DNA from: Vicugna vicugna
Lineage: Eukaryota
Assembly: GCA_013265495.1 (NCBI GenBank)
Contig: MU058241.1
Location: 993,249 to 1,057,248 of the forward strand
Direction: 5' to 3'
DNA length: 64,000 bases
Shown here: one piece after another, positions 25,980-39,726 of the stretch
How positions within the stretch are numbered: position 1 is the first letter of the stretch
Layout: each line of letters opens with the position of its first letter
Translations under genes and position numbers: made by a program
The notes under the pieces: model-generated
Databases searched by the model: none
What the model saw: only the letters and a program-made list of their open reading frames with translations
Told to the model about the DNA's origin: nothing

Positions 25980-27464
25980 CCCTCCCCTTCCAAATGGAAC
26001 TCTGTTTACCAAAATTACCCACACTCAAAATTCTCAGGCTGCCAACAGGTGCAGGGAGAGTTCTGAAAGTGTGCTACCTCTACAAATCAAGATCCAGACA
26101 AACATCACTCTATCCCCTACTTTCTCCAAATGCTCGTCATCTCTGATTTTTACCAAACACTGGGGAAGAGAAGAATAAACAAACATTATTTTTTCCCCAG
26201 CACTCTCAAACTCTGCAAGCCGAACCCATCAACCTAGAGCAGGCTCCAGTTCCGGTGCACAGACAGGCCTTCTGCAAGACGGTCTACAAGACACTCAAGG
26301 AGCCCTGCCCTGGGAAGGGGCACCATTACATCCAGCTTCCTCCCCCGTGTTTACGGGCCTGGGGCTGTGCCTTAAGAGAACACGCTAGACAACTCGAGGG
26401 GAAACAACGCAGAAGTAATAAACTTGTTCTTAACATCTCAAGACCATGCAACACTAGGATTCTAAATGAGCATAAAGCCTATAGTGAGAAATTATAACTC
26501 AATTTGCTCACATGCTAATTTTTTAAAATATTGAGTTAACTTGCTAATATTTTCTTCAGAAATTTTGCACTTTAATTAAAGTTGTTGATAATGTCCTCTC
26601 ACTATATTTTCACGTCTCCAAGGATCTATAATGACATCCTCTCTTTTCATTCTTAATACCTATTTTACTCTTTTTCCTTGGTTGACTGCCAGTTTTTTTA
26701 CTCTCCATTTTAATTTCTCTTTTTTCCCTCAAAGTATAGTTGGTATTAGAACTCATTTGAGCTATGCTCTGAGAAAGGACCCTGAGGTTTATGATGAAAA
26801 ATAATTTTGTAATGCCGATAGCATGGTATTAGCAAATGCCTTAGAAACAACAAATGTGGACACCTGCCCTTGGTAAACACCTGTTGCCTGTGTGTGAGGT
26901 TTTTCTCTTTTCTTCCTCCTCCTCTTCTTATATATAATTGTTACTCAAAATTTGTATAGAGCTTCCTTTGGGTGATTGTGTGAGGAATTGCTGAAACCAA
27001 ACACACCTGAGAGTGAAAGGCAGTGCTAAAAATCACCCACAGGGGCCACTGATCCACAGGGTAAACCAGGGCGGTCTCCCGCCCACCAGAAGCAGGTGTC
27101 CCGGCTGGAAGGCGCACAGCCAGGTCACTGCCATGAAGCACGTCTTAACTTCCGAGCCACGTGGTTCTACCGCAGCCCCTCACTGCACAGACACAATGTG
27201 AAATCTTCGCTTTCTCTATGTACGGAAGAAATGATGCTCTACAGTGCACTCCTGCATCCACTCACTCATTCATCAGTTGACAGATAATTACTGAAACCTG
27301 GGATTACTGGGACCAAGGCTGCATGGCAGTGGTGTATTAGATGCAGAGCAGGCTGAGGGTGAGGTGAGACCGGACATTGAGCCCAGCTTAAACACCTCTT
27401 TATAAATTAGGGGACCCTACACGTGAATGGTAACAGCTATCTTGCAGGACTGTCAAGAAACTAG

Positions 27465-27593
27465 GGGGCAGGGTATAGCTCAAGTGGTAGAGCATATGCT
27501 TAGCATGCATGAGGTCCTGGGTTCAACCCCCAGTACATCCTCCAAGAATAAATAAGTAACCCTAGTTACCTCCCCCCACCAAAAAGTAAAAGA
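27465..27593 (+). mobile_element. tRNA-derived camelid SINE (vic-1-like)
   Basis: gggtatagctcaagtggtagagcatatgcttagcatgcatgaggtcctgggttcaacccccag plus A-rich tail. TSD aagaaactag at 27455-27464 and 27594-27603. Confidence 0.92.
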
Positions 27594-30500
27594 AAGAAAC
27601 TAGAAATTACACACATGAGATCCTACACGTGGTTGCTGGCAGAGAACAGGAGCTTCACTAAGAGATGTGACGTACGGCTCACTTCCCTACTTCTCAAGAA
27701 GGCCGATGGTAGCTCTGACGTGATAAAGAAGACTGAACAAAGAAGGCTGCTCCAGGCCGTAGGCAAAGACCCTCTCCCCGGAGAATGTGCCGCCTCTCAG
27801 GGCAGAGTAGGAAAGTACATTGGGAGAGCAGTTAGAGCGGTGGGGCATGACTGGGGCAGGGGGCTCGAAGAGCCCAGAACAATCTTAGGACAGAGACGTC
27901 ACTTATCGCTGGTGCAATGGAAGAACGGATACTTCATGGAGGGTGCGGCACGTGAGCAGCCATGGAGAAGGGTGGTAACGATAAACAGGAGGGCTGGGGA
28001 GGAACCCGCACGCACCAGTACTCTGACGTGGGGGACTTCACGTGCCCTCCCCGCCCCCGCAGCAGACAAGAATCTGGAACACCTGGCTCTGCTGGGCAGG
28101 GCCCTTCCCCTTACAGTCTGCACTTTCCTCACCTGTGAAATAGTGGGGCTAGCACTATCTGCGCTGCTTTCCAGGGAAAATAGGGACCAGAAAATACATG
28201 TAACATCATCAGGCAAAATGCACGGTCCTATGAATTGCTTTTCAGTCTTCCTCTTTGCCAGCTGATGCACAACCAGGTTCCATAAAATGTGCCTGTCACA
28301 GTCCACACCACATGTTTCCTATCACTTCATTTATCCAGACCCTTCTATGCCTGATATACCGTGCACACATTTCTGCATATCATGATGCTTAGAGTTGCAA
28401 TGTCCACACAAAGTGACGGTCACATGGATCTCCCCGAAAGCCCCAGGTAAGAATATCACACTAGCACTGCCTTTGGAGGCAAGCCTGCCTTTTGCACTTT
28501 CTTGTGCACAGAAGTCCAGCTTGCCCTAAAAGACAGTCAACAGCTTTATCTAAGTCCAAGGAACAACTTTTAAACAATTATCTTTATCATACATTTGAAC
28601 ACAGATACTGAGTGACTCTATGAATTAAAGCTGACCTGGTGTTTTTGTACAAGAAGTCAAAGCCCACAATTTCATAGACATCAGAAGCAGTCGAGTTCCA
28701 TGGCACTGTGGAAAAGGGCCCATCTGCAGTCAAGGCTGGACTTCACTTCTGCTTTCATAAATAAATGATGCCTGTCGTTTCCATTACACACAGTCCTTAC
28801 TCTGAATCATCGCCAAACGCCTCTGAGAACCTAGGGGCATTTTCCTCTGTGCCACTTCAGACACAGATATAATTCATGGAGCTGTTAGAAGGTTCGATCA
28901 ATGAAACTTAGAAAATGTTTCAGCGTTTGGAAATATAAAAAATGCCATTACCCCAAAATTCTCAGGGAAATCATAGTCGCTAAGGTGAATGGAATTCTTT
29001 CTAGATTCATTTCTAGCTCAAGGAACTTCCTTAAAGAGAAGAACGTGATTTTAGAAATACTTTAAGCCACTGTAAAGACTTTTAAGACCACTTGTTTAAC
29101 TAAGATCCCCTTAGTAATCTGATGACATCGTGCCTTTCTGTTCTTTTTCCAGGGATGAGAAGAACCATAGATTTTATTGACTGTATCTGCCAGGGTCTGA
29201 CAGGCAGGCATGAGCACTCTGTGGATTCCAGCAGAGGGAGGTGACTGAAAATGAACCACTTACAAAGGGGCAGGAGGCCCAGAAGCAGCTCAGCGGAGAC
29301 AGGAGGTTGCCCAGAGATGAGTAACTGCAGAGAGTCCCACCACCCTCTGCCCAGTGAGTACAGGAGCCCGTGGGCTGGATGATGTTAGGGGAGCTCTACG
29401 CTGAGACCCACATTCAGAGGGGATTACAGAAAACGTAGCTCCCAAACTCACAAGGGCACGTTGACCCAGGACCATCGGGTACACATCGGGAAGTGACCTC
29501 AACTGCCAGTGTCCCAGCTGTCTCAGCAGCAGCAGTGATAAATCCCCCTTCAGTCTGAAGAAGGGTGTGATGCTCCTGGGGGTGGTGCCGCGTGCTTGAC
29601 AAGATGAGATGCCGCACCGCTTACACACTGCAGAGAAAGAGGAGCAAGGCCTGCAGGATCTGATGAGGGAAGCACGGGACAGACACCACAGAAACTTCGA
29701 AGTCCCCCTGCACGTGGCGGTGGAGTGCAGGCCGCGGTCTAGGGGATAAGAAGCCCCGTGCGCACCAACGGGGACCCGTGACGCTCACCAAGCAGCCCGT
29801 CAGGTACATCCAGTGCAACCACACCGATTAGCATCGCCGCCGTGGCCAGGTAACACCCAGCAGCACTCTGTGCCGGCCTTCATTGGGTGTCCCTAACATT
29901 TGTTTTTTGGGTTTTTTTGCAGGGGAGGGACATTCTATTTATGTCTGTTTCCCAGCAGCGTTGGTATCAGCCAGGAAATGATGAAAGGGGGACTGAGGAG
30001 GAGCAGGAGTGTGGTGGGAATGCTGGCTGGTCAGAAGTCCGACTCCTGCCTGCACACAGTGGTGCACACAGCGTGCTGGCAACCTGTGTGCCCTGCTTGT
30101 TAAAAACATCTGAAAATCTTGGCCAGGGCAGTGGGTCAGAAAGAGGCGCAAACTAAAATTAAGAGTACCACTGTTTCGTCTTATTATACCAACCAACACA
30201 TGGGAATTTAACAGTAATATTCAGTATCTTGACATTGTACTTTTTCACAGAAATGGTGGTGGTGTTTAGAGAGTTCACAACCCATTTCAAGTTTCTGAAG
30301 GTTTTGCAGGAGAGAGCCCTATCAAAGGACGCTGAAGACCTAACGAATGCTGAGCTGAGTCACAAACGGAAGCCAGACAGGCTCTTTACAGTTTGGGAAC
30401 CGGCTCTGAATGGATGGAACCACTGCGGCAGAATGCCTCAAAAAAGAGAATGTTCAAGATATGAAGTCGAAACACATTAATGAAAACCACCTGGGTCTCG

Positions 30501-30933
30501 GGCTCCAGTTTTAGCCAAGGATGCCAGGTTAAAACTATTGACCTGGACATGAGGAATACAGACTCGTTACACTGATTGAACCAGGCAGTGTGGAAGGATT
30601 TCTGGGTTTTGACATGTCTGACATCCAATTAGCATCCAGGCCGCCTGACAAACAAAGAGCTCCAAGTGCGGGAACTCTGGCGGAATCTAAAACCAAGCCA
30701 ATCAGTGGAGACCCGTCTGCTTGAATCACTGTCGGGTGTGAGTCTGTATCCAAATGAAGAATGTGCTTGAAACTATAGGATTTTCCTAATGTGTTTGGTT
30801 TTCTTTGTCAGACTTGGATTTTATTTTTCACCCTGAACTTAAAACAGATCAAATTCAAATCAAACCAAATAAAGTGCATGGTCAAAGCCTTAATGACAGA
30901 CACATACACATGATCTGGCCTCTGCCTCCACCA

Positions 30934-30961
30934 ACACACACACACACGCACACACACACAC
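30934..30961. repeat. Interrupted (CA)n microsatellite
   Basis: acacacacacacacgcacacacacaca read directly. Confidence 0.9.
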
Positions 30962-32339
30962 TCAAACTACAATGGGATGCATTAAAAATTATTACATTTC
31001 TTTTTAAAAATGGATAGAATGTATACGTAGTTTTACTGTATTTACCAAAAAAAGTTAATCAAATTTGGATGTAAAACATACTTAAGGTGAGTTTTATATA
31101 CATATATAGTATTTTTCTCCCCTGTGGTAATCTTAGCTAAATGAGTCATACTTTCTTGAAACTATGCAAGCACATAAACTTGGAACCAAGCATAAAAGTG
31201 AGACTGCTTATTTCTTCAGCAAAGATTTACTGATCATCCACTATTGGTGATTAAGAGGACCTACTAAATTAACAGTAGATTTTTCTTAGCTGAATGTGTA
31301 AACAATAGAGAGAGAGAGAAGTCAGACGAATGTAACTGAAAACATACACTCTGTGCCTGATAAAAGTTGGACTAGAAGACGCAGGTTAGAAGTGCAGGAC
31401 ACGGGCTCATCCTATTCCTCGTCCCCAGTGAGACCTCCACCGCCAGTGTCCCCCAGTGTGGCCTGGGACCCTGGGGGGACGGACGGGTAGACCAGGTGCC
31501 TGCTCTCCTGTTCGGAGGATGCCCCAATCACAGATGGACGGGAGGAGGGAGAAGGCTAAGCAGATCCAGGCCCTGATTCCAAGCCAATCAAGTTCACACA
31601 TCACTCCTCTCCTCCGTGCCGCGGGGACCGTGAGGCAGGCCGTCCATCAGGTTGGGTGCGGCTGCTCCGATCAGGGCAGAGACAGAGGGTCAGACAGAAG
31701 GTGGGAGATGCAGACTGTCAGCCTGGTGTCCGTCTCAGCGGGATGCACAGAGCTGACCAGCCATGCACCTGATCCAGCTGGGCTGACACCCAGGAAAATT
31801 TTCACCTGGGCTGGAAGCGCTTGCTACATGTGCTGTGTGGGTGTACGGGGCACGGGACAGGAATCCACACGTGTGTGCATGGAACAGTTTACTCCACTGT
31901 GTTTCACATACTGACCGATAACCCCCCAAATCCTCTCTTCATATTCGAAACCCTGACAGCGTGCTTTTCTCGCCGGGTGCAGCACTGGAGACAAGTGTCT
32001 TGTAAAATCTGCAAAGCAGCGGAAGTGCCAGCCCAGTCATTGTCCCCTTCCCCACCGACACCCTCACCAGTTTTCCAGTTCTTCCAAGCCCCGTTTCTGG
32101 AACCGAGGCTGCTTCAGGGGAGTCAGCCTGTGAAATCATCGGTCCCAGTACCTGCTGTCACAGACTCTTGCTATGGAAACGCTGAGGCCTGAAAACCTGT
32201 CTGCTACGGTGGCGTACCTCTTTATCCCCATGGCTTTTGCTGATGCGGAGGCGGACTGCCGTGAGGCTAACAGATCTGAAACTCTGCCTTCACTTCTGAA
32301 GTGGGGTGAATGAGGCACTCTGCGCAACATTGAAGAGGG

Positions 32340-32480
32340 GCCAGAGTGAGTGATCAGGATAAATAATATTTTAATGCACTATTTTTTAAAAAATCACACT
32401 AATGCAAAAAATACCAAAAACCCTACAAGGAACAAAGTATCAAAATTTTAAATAAGGACAGGTGGGATCTTGGACTTGAG
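32340..32480. mobile_element. Possible hAT MITE fragment (MER96B-like)
   Basis: 'aaataatattttaatgcactattttttaaaaatcacactaatgcaaaaaa...tatcaaaattttaaataagg' resembles the remembered consensus. Confidence 0.4.
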
Positions 32481-32785
32481 TGGCTCACCAAATCCTGGCC
32501 CTGGGCCCCAATAATCTGTACAGTTCCCGTGGCCTTTTGTTGTTGTAACATTGGCAAAAGTAACTCACATTTCCTGCAGTCAGTTATAGTTTCTCTATAT
32601 CTTCACTCCCAACTTCTCTCCCGTACCTGCCTTCCCAGCAGAGCGGGTCGGACAATCCAAGCACATTGTGGGGGTCAGTTTAAGGGAAGGGTCAGTTGGA
32701 GTAACATTTCGTTTCAGCTTAGCAGAACAGTTTTTTAAAGATCCCAGCAATATTTTTCCATGTTTAAGTTACTGCTGGTCGATTC

Positions 32786-33231
32786 TATTAGTTTCATTTT
32801 ACTCTAACAAATTATCACAAACGTAGTCTTAAAAAACAACACAAATTTATCATCAGAACAGGTCTGGAGGCCAGAAAATCCAAAATGGGTCAGCAGGATT
32901 GCATCCTTTGGGAGGCTCCAGGGTAGACTGCACTTCCTGGCTTTTTCCAGTTCTGGAAGCTTCTGTATTCCTCGGCTCAAAGCCCCACATCATTCCAACC
33001 TCTGCTTCCCTCCTCACAGCTCCTTCTCTGACTCTGACCCTCCTGCCTCCCTCTCATGAGGACCCTTATGAGGACACTGGCACCCCCATCTGAATGGCCC
33101 AAGATCACCTGCCCGTCTCAAGGTTCTTTATCACACTCGCCAAGTCCCCTTTACCATGCAGGGTAAGCTATTTACATACCCTGGGTGTGAGGACAGGGGC
33201 ATCTCTGGGACCCACTCTTCTGCCTGCTACA
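32786..33231 (-). mobile_element. MaLR LTR (MLT1C/D-like)
   Basis: 'aacaaattatcacaaac...aacaacacaaatttat', 'ctttttccagttctggaagc', 'ctctgaccctcctgcctccctctc', ends 'ttctgcctgctaca'. Confidence 0.85.
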
Positions 33232-36200
33232 CCATTCCAGTGCAGGAATGGCATCCTTTCTCTTAGTGACAGGACACAGAGGTGCCTTCTTTCTACACAA
33301 AACTGTTCTGTGGGTCCCAGAACTGTAGGCATGTCCGAAGTGTAAGAGAAACAAGGTTTGAAATAGAGAGAAGCTAGTCTGTGGAAATGTCTTCCAACCT
33401 CGCAGCACACATACAAAAGGAATTTCCTAGACAGACATTTCCCCAAATTTGACAGAGTCCCAGAAAGTTACATCATATCCCATTCAGTTCCAATGCCTAG
33501 GGCCATTTTATGAGCTTAGATAACATGCAAATCCAAAGCCAAGTTAGCCCACATGATGCTAAGAGATGCTGAATAACCTGAAGACATGAATCCAAGAGAT
33601 CTGCCCTCCACATGTTCCTCAGGTGACTGAGGCTAAGAAGTTGACCTGCAACAGGACTGGCTGCAGCCATTTTTTCCCTCTGCCAGTATCAGTGTGGTGT
33701 TAATGGTTCTTTTTAAGCTCCAGCTTCACAGACTCATGCTTCCCCACAGGCATGGAACTTGGGTGCCATGTAAAGTCCTGGCATGAATCCATGAAATGCT
33801 GGCTATGAAATGCCTTACTAAGAAAGAAGGCAAATGTTTTTCAATTCCTGCTCCCAAAATATCTGAAAATCATGAATATGAAAGTGAAAACAATACATTT
33901 TCCAAGAACAAGTCCTGTCCTTCTTATGATGCCTCAGAGGTCTTCAAGCTATGCTGCAGCAGTGATGGTCTTCATAGGTCCAGGGCTGTGTGATTCAAGG
34001 TCAAGCCACCTCTCCCTACACCCCAGGGACCATATTTTGCTGAGTCCCACACAAGTACGTGCAGCCAGTGTCCTTCCTGAGGCTGGCTTCTGCTTAAGAT
34101 AATCTATCACTGTGGAAACACCTTCTTGTCTATTGTTAATATGGCCCAAACTGGAATGACTCACCAAAGGGAAAATTTCAACTCCTAGCAAAGCCACTTG
34201 GTGATCTCAGGGCCAGAAGCTTTGAGCCCAACCCCTCCTGAAGCCTAACTTCCTGTTAACGTGGTTCCCAAATTTGAATCCATGTCTGTTTCTCAAGGTT
34301 CCCAATCCAGGGCCAGAGTTTAGCACCTGGGCTTTCTCAGACCATTTCACTTCTCCTTCTGCACAGTAGGCAGGCAGGTAGATGGCTAACTCCCACCTTC
34401 ATTACCGATAGGGGCTAAATTACAAGATATGTATTTGATGTTTGTCAACAGTGGGCTAAAACTGAATCCCAGAAGATTTCATTTTCCCACTCAGCGAAAG
34501 AGGATGCCCAATGATCTCAGCCCCACCCCCACCCCCCATCACATGTGGACTGAGGGTCAGACCCCGACACATGCTCTCCCTGGGCAGCCTGCCCCCAAGA
34601 AGGGAAGTGAAGGAGGGAAGCAAAGTTCTTCACCCCTAGTTCCTTGTCCCAAAGTCACAGTAGCTACACGACTCCCCTTCGCCAGGGGACGAGGGAGTGA
34701 GGGGCAGAGAGCCCAGGACTCTTGGGCAAGACATTCTTCTTGTGGAAATGCGGAGAGACAGAGCACAAAAGAAACTGCATCCTCCCCTCGACACCTCCCG
34801 TGAGCCTGGAATTATTCTGGGTAGTCACAATGGATTGTCGTTTTTTTTAACGGCCAACACGTGGAAGTTATTAAAATTCATCCCCAAATGTCAAGATAGG
34901 ATGGAAAATTCCCCAAATCAAAAATCATACTTAAAAATAAGCTTGTGCTCCTGCTCTTGTAAAATGGTGTCCAAAACAAGCTAAATAACCCATAAATTCA
35001 TATCACGGAGTCGACTGGGAACATACACGAAAGAAGAGCAGCAAAACTGGATGTCAGCTACACAAGGACCTTTGAACTAAACATCTCAGTCAATTCTCAA
35101 AAACTGTGGACATGAGAAAGAAAACATAAATAGCAGCCCAATATTAGAATTAAAAAAGAAGGAAAGCAAGACCCTTTCTTACAGTATCAGTAAACGATTC
35201 CCTTTGGAAAAAGTCTGAAGAGATGTATTTTTCATTTAGAAAATATTGGCCTATTTTGGATACTGCCAGTCACCACAGAGTAACATGATGATGACAAATT
35301 CCTTTCATGACCCATCTTGAAAATTATTTTAAATTCACATTGGAAACCATCTATCCACTACTACTTTCTATTTCAATAGCCAGAATTGAAAAATCTTTCA
35401 TGTCATCTCAGTAGGAAAGATTTAACAAATCTAAAACTCAACACAGGGTGCTTCTTCCCACAGTCATTTATAGAGGAATGACCCACCTTCCCCAGAGCAA
35501 TCTAAGAATGTCAGGAGAGTTTGGTGGGAACAGAGTATTTCTACAAGGAAATTTGATAGACATGTTCCCCAATACTAAAAAGATGGTGGCCAGGCCTTTG
35601 TGCCTCCACTAAACACTCCTCGGCGCAGCACCGTTACAGTCTGGCCATCTTTTTTCAGCTGACCATTTGGAACCAACTCTTGTAAAACCTCCCATTCCAT
35701 TTCAGCTTTACTAGTGGCCTCCAATTCTTCGGCCAAAGTGCTGGCTTGCTTCAACAAACTTTAAAGGCAGCCCTGGCAGGATATTTCAAATATAAACCAA
35801 TGCAAATACTTGCTAAAGGTCAACAGCATGTGAAGGGATCAGCCAGATTTTCCACTTTTCTCAATAACCAGCCAGGATCATATAACCTTCTTCAAAATGC
35901 TTAGATTCCATGGAGTCTAGTGAGCATCCAGCATGTGACTAAGACAAGTTAATAAAACTACCCCACATGAAAACTGGTACCCCCACTACAGCCCTAGACA
36001 ACAACACAACAAGTGCCACTGGTTTATTGTTTTTGGTAGCAGGGAAACTCACATTTCAGGGTAAAAAGCTGATGACCTTGAGCAAACCCTGAAAATACTT
36101 GGTAAATGTGTCACATATGGTAAATTAAAAGGTGGAATATGTGATTTTTGCAGGATACGAATGGAAAAAAGCCAGAAAGTTCTTACATTTGCTGCCCCTA

Positions 36201-36452
36201 ACTGTTTTTACTAAGGTGTTACAAAAAAGGAAATTAACTTAGGCAGTAATAGGCTAATTTGCAGGCAGCAACGTAATGAAATGGGGCAAGGGTGTCAGAA
36301 ATTGCGGTCATGAAGAAAAGGAGAACTGCTTCTGTCCTCCACCAACAGGAGTTACAGATGTTGAGCAAAGCTTTTCTCAAAGGCCATATGTAGTCATTTC
36401 AGACACAAGAAAGAGATCAAGCCCGAAGGCATGATCTGATTCACGACGTCAT

Positions 36453-36594
36453 CTCACGTATTAGATGGTCTCGTGGTAGGCAGAGTCAAGATGAGGAAGT
36501 CTCGGGTTAAACTAACCTCACGTATTAGATGGTGGTAGGCATTAGATCTCGTGGTAGGCAGAGTCAAGATGAGGAAGTCTCGGGTTAAACTAAC
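36453..36594. repeat. 64-bp tandem duplication with a 14-nt templated insertion in copy 2
   Basis: Copy 1 is 36453-36516. Copy 2 (36517-36594) is identical apart from the insert ggtaggcattagat at 36534-36547. Confidence 0.95.
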
Positions 36595-38329
36595 ACGGCA
36601 AATACGTAAGGCAGAGTTGTGAGCTCTCTCTGGAAAAGAGCCCTGGCAAGGACAACAGACACATGAACCTACTGGGCAGTCAACAGTAATTGCAAACGTA
36701 CTAACTTTTGAAGAATGTATGTTTTTAATGAAACTACAGCCTGGCCTGCAAAAGTACATGTTCAAGAGCTCTCGAATACGTGTCAAAAAGAAGAGCTTCT
36801 AAAGACCTACAGCAGTAGCCCAAGTGGGGCGTAAGGCCCGGGATCGTTTCACACGTCGCCCAGGACAGTAACGAGCAAGGATAAGCCCCCCCAGAGACCA
36901 GCAGCTAAGTTCCTGCCAGAAGCCGTGCTGTCTGGGAAGACTTCATGTACGTCATGTACCTGTAATTCCATCTGCTTCCCCAGCTTCCCTTTTCCGAATG
37001 AAAGACATTCATATGGACTGGTCACTGCACTGACGTTTCATACAGAAGAGGGCAGGGAACCTGGCTTTCACTCTTTAAATCAAAAAGTGGGTGATGAGAA
37101 GGTCACATGGACCCAAAGAAGCAGACAACACCTCCCTCAAGACCGTGTGTTTTGAGCTGGACACTCTCACTGCCTGGGACTTCGGGCTGTCACCCCTGAG
37201 GATGCAATCCAGCTGTTTCTAACGATGGACAGCAAGCCGTGTGCATATACTGCGGTACATGAAGGACTGGACTTTGGCTGACTTCTGGATGTGTCCCTAA
37301 TTTGGTGGTGGAGGTTGTTCTGTGGGCACAGTCACTGTATATTTTATCCCTAGTCCAGGTACAGGTGTGGTCAGTACCTAGTTCTCAGAAGTGGGATGAA
37401 CAGAATTGCTGCATAAAACTTCTGGGTCCTTCTGGGTGCCTCTGCCAGCCTCTCTCCCTTTCCCTTCCTGCTGGTTAAAATCTGTGACACCTAGAATGGC
37501 ACTGGGAGCCGTGTGATGACACAAAGGTCCCCTGCTCTCCTGGGGCCAGGGATAACCATCTGGAGCCAGATCTGCCTTCACACTCTGGGTAAGAGAGCAA
37601 TGCACGTCTGTCTCTTTGACCAATTGCCACAGGCTATCCCTTTGCTCCAGCTGCTTGGCTTTTACCCTAATATGGTAACAAGGAAGGTGCTAAACAGTCC
37701 AGAAATTGGAGAAGCTGGTCTCTACAAAGAGGTCTTGTTCGTTTCCACCTGGCTTCCACGGTCTGTTCATCACTATCAGTGGGAAGAGCCCCGGACGGTT
37801 CCAGCCGTTCTTGACATCGTTTCAAAAGTATCACTGAGATGCTTCCAGCAGCCTGAGGGGGAAAGCGTGCCTCTGTGGTGGGGGAAGCAATCCACACAGG
37901 TCCTTTCTTCTGGAGGATGTGAACCACCACTGCCGCATGGCCGTCACTCTGATCATTTGTGATAAAGGGTCATTGGACAAGTGTGTCCCAAACGTCCCAG
38001 AAAGCACGCCCACTGGAGGTGTTCCCTGCTCTCCGTCAGGACGACATCCCTGGAGGATCCATACAGTGCCCTCGGAGTCTCTGACAAGCCTGGCTCAGCA
38101 CAACAGAGCCCACCCAGCCTGGGCCCCCAGCACAGACAGTCTGCCCGCAACCGACAGTCAGGACGTGAAATGTGACCCTGGGAGAGCCCGCCCGCCCAGG
38201 GCGGTGGTTAGATTCAGCGGCCACACCTCTCACGCTAAAGGGAACAGTAGAGGAGGCTGCCTCGCCCACTGTCTTCCCACAAATCGCTTGGCAAATAAAA
38301 TGCATCTCTGTCTGGCACAAGTGCAGTCC

Positions 38330-38770
38330 TCCATCCCCGCAATCACATCTCTCTGGGTGTGTCTGAAGGAAGGCAGGAGAGACGGGCCGGGGAGAGCGCT
38401 GCACAGGCCACAGGCGTTCACACACACACACAGCACAGACGCTCTCCAAAAGGAGAGTCATACTAAGTGCAGTGAGCCGGTCACAAAAGGACGAACACTG
38501 GAGACTGCACTCACGGGGTCCCCAGAGGGGTCAAACACCTGAGACAGAAAGGACAACGGTGGGCACTGGAGGGAGGAGAGAAGGGGAGTGCTGTTTAATG
38601 GGGACAGAGCTCCAGTTTTGCAAGATGGGAGAGCTCTGGGCATGGCTGCTGGTGATGGCTGCACACAACGTGAACGCACTTAATGCCACTGAATGTACAC
38701 TTAAAAATGGTGAAAATGGCAAATTATGTTACCTGTATGTTACCTCAAGTGAAAAAAAAAATAAGTGAAA
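38330..38770 (+). mobile_element. Old L1 3' end (L1MB-like)
   Basis: 'tgtttaatggggacagagctccagttttgcaagatg', 'cacttaatgccactgaatgtacacttaaaaatgg', A tail. Confidence 0.8.
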
Positions 38771-38783
38771 AAATAAAAAACAG

Positions 38784-38920
38784 GGGGAGTGTATAGTTCA
38801 GTGGTAGAGTGAGTGCTTAGCATGCATGAGGGCCTGGGTTCCATCCCATCCACAGTACCTCCATTATAAATAAGTAAATAAACCTAATTACTTCCCCTCT
38901 CACCCAGGAAAAAAAAAGCA
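38784..38920 (+). mobile_element. tRNA-derived camelid SINE (vic-1-like)
   Basis: ggggagtgtatagttcagtggtagagtgagtgcttagcatgcatgagggcctgggttc...aataaacctaattac plus A tail. Confidence 0.88.
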
Positions 38921-38924
38921 ACAA

Positions 38925-39510
38925 CAGTGACCAAGATGTCTCCAGCGGGCGAAGGTGCAAACAGACTGGTACATCAGGACCGTGGAATATTCTCCAGAAA
39001 AAGGAACAAACGCATTCCATGAAAAGGCACGAAGGAAACGTAAAAGCGCATTACCAAGGGGAAGAAGCCCATCGGAGGAGGCTACGTGCTGCGTGAGTCC
39101 ACCTGTAACATTCCGGGAAAGTCAAGTCCGGATACACGGTGAAAAGATCAGTGGCTGCCAAGGGGCGGGGAGGAGGAAGGGATGTGTGGATGGAGCACAG
39201 GACTTTCAGGCAGTGGAAATACTTTGAATGACACTACAGTGAGAGAAACACGTCACAGCACGGTTACCTAATCCCACAGAACGTACAACAGCAAGATGAA
39301 CCACAATGCAAACCGTGGACTCCGGATCGTAATGACGTGCCACGCTCATCACATGCAGCAAAGGTACCGTGTGGTGGGGGCGCTGCCAGTGGGGGAGGCT
39401 GTGCATGTGCGGGGGTGGGGGGTGACCAGAAAACTCTCTGTATCGTCCCCTCGATTTTGCTGTGAACCTAGAACTGCTCTCAAAATAGTCCTAATAAAGA
39501 AAAATAATAA
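38925..39510 (+). mobile_element. Old L1 3' end (L1MC/L1MD-like)
   Basis: 'aatcccacagaacgtacaacagcaagatgaacc', 'ttttgctgtgaacctagaactgctctcaaaatagtc'. Confidence 0.75.
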
Positions 39511-39726
39511 CAGAGAAAACAATAAAGTTCTCCTCAATCTCCAGCCTCAACTAAAAAAGTGGGGGAGGCTGTGCATGTGCGGGGGGTGGGGGTGACCGGA
39601 AAACTCTCTGTATCGTCCCCTCGATTTTGCTGTGAACCTAGAACTGCTCTCAAAATAGTCCTAATAAAGAAAAATAATAACAGAGAAAACAATAAAGTTC
39701 TCCTCAATCTCCAGCCTCAACTAAAA
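39388..39726. repeat. 170-bp near-perfect tandem duplication
   Basis: 39388-39557 vs 39558-39726; the copies differ only by a shifted T in a G-run and one A/G. Confidence 0.97.

Noticed and set aside
27465..27540. tRNA-Ala-like gene (also at 2.7, 6.6, 38.8 and 53.7 kb)
   Set aside because: Each copy carries the SINE 3' body and A-rich tail, several with TSDs; these are SINE heads, not tRNA genes.
6496..27593. Inverted SINE pairs as dsRNA/circRNA drivers
   Set aside because: Opposite-orientation copies are over 20 kb apart, short and diverged.
27615..28265. 216-aa ATG-initiated ORF
   Set aside because: No recognisable protein family, promoter or processed-pseudogene hallmarks; appears to run into MIR-like sequence.
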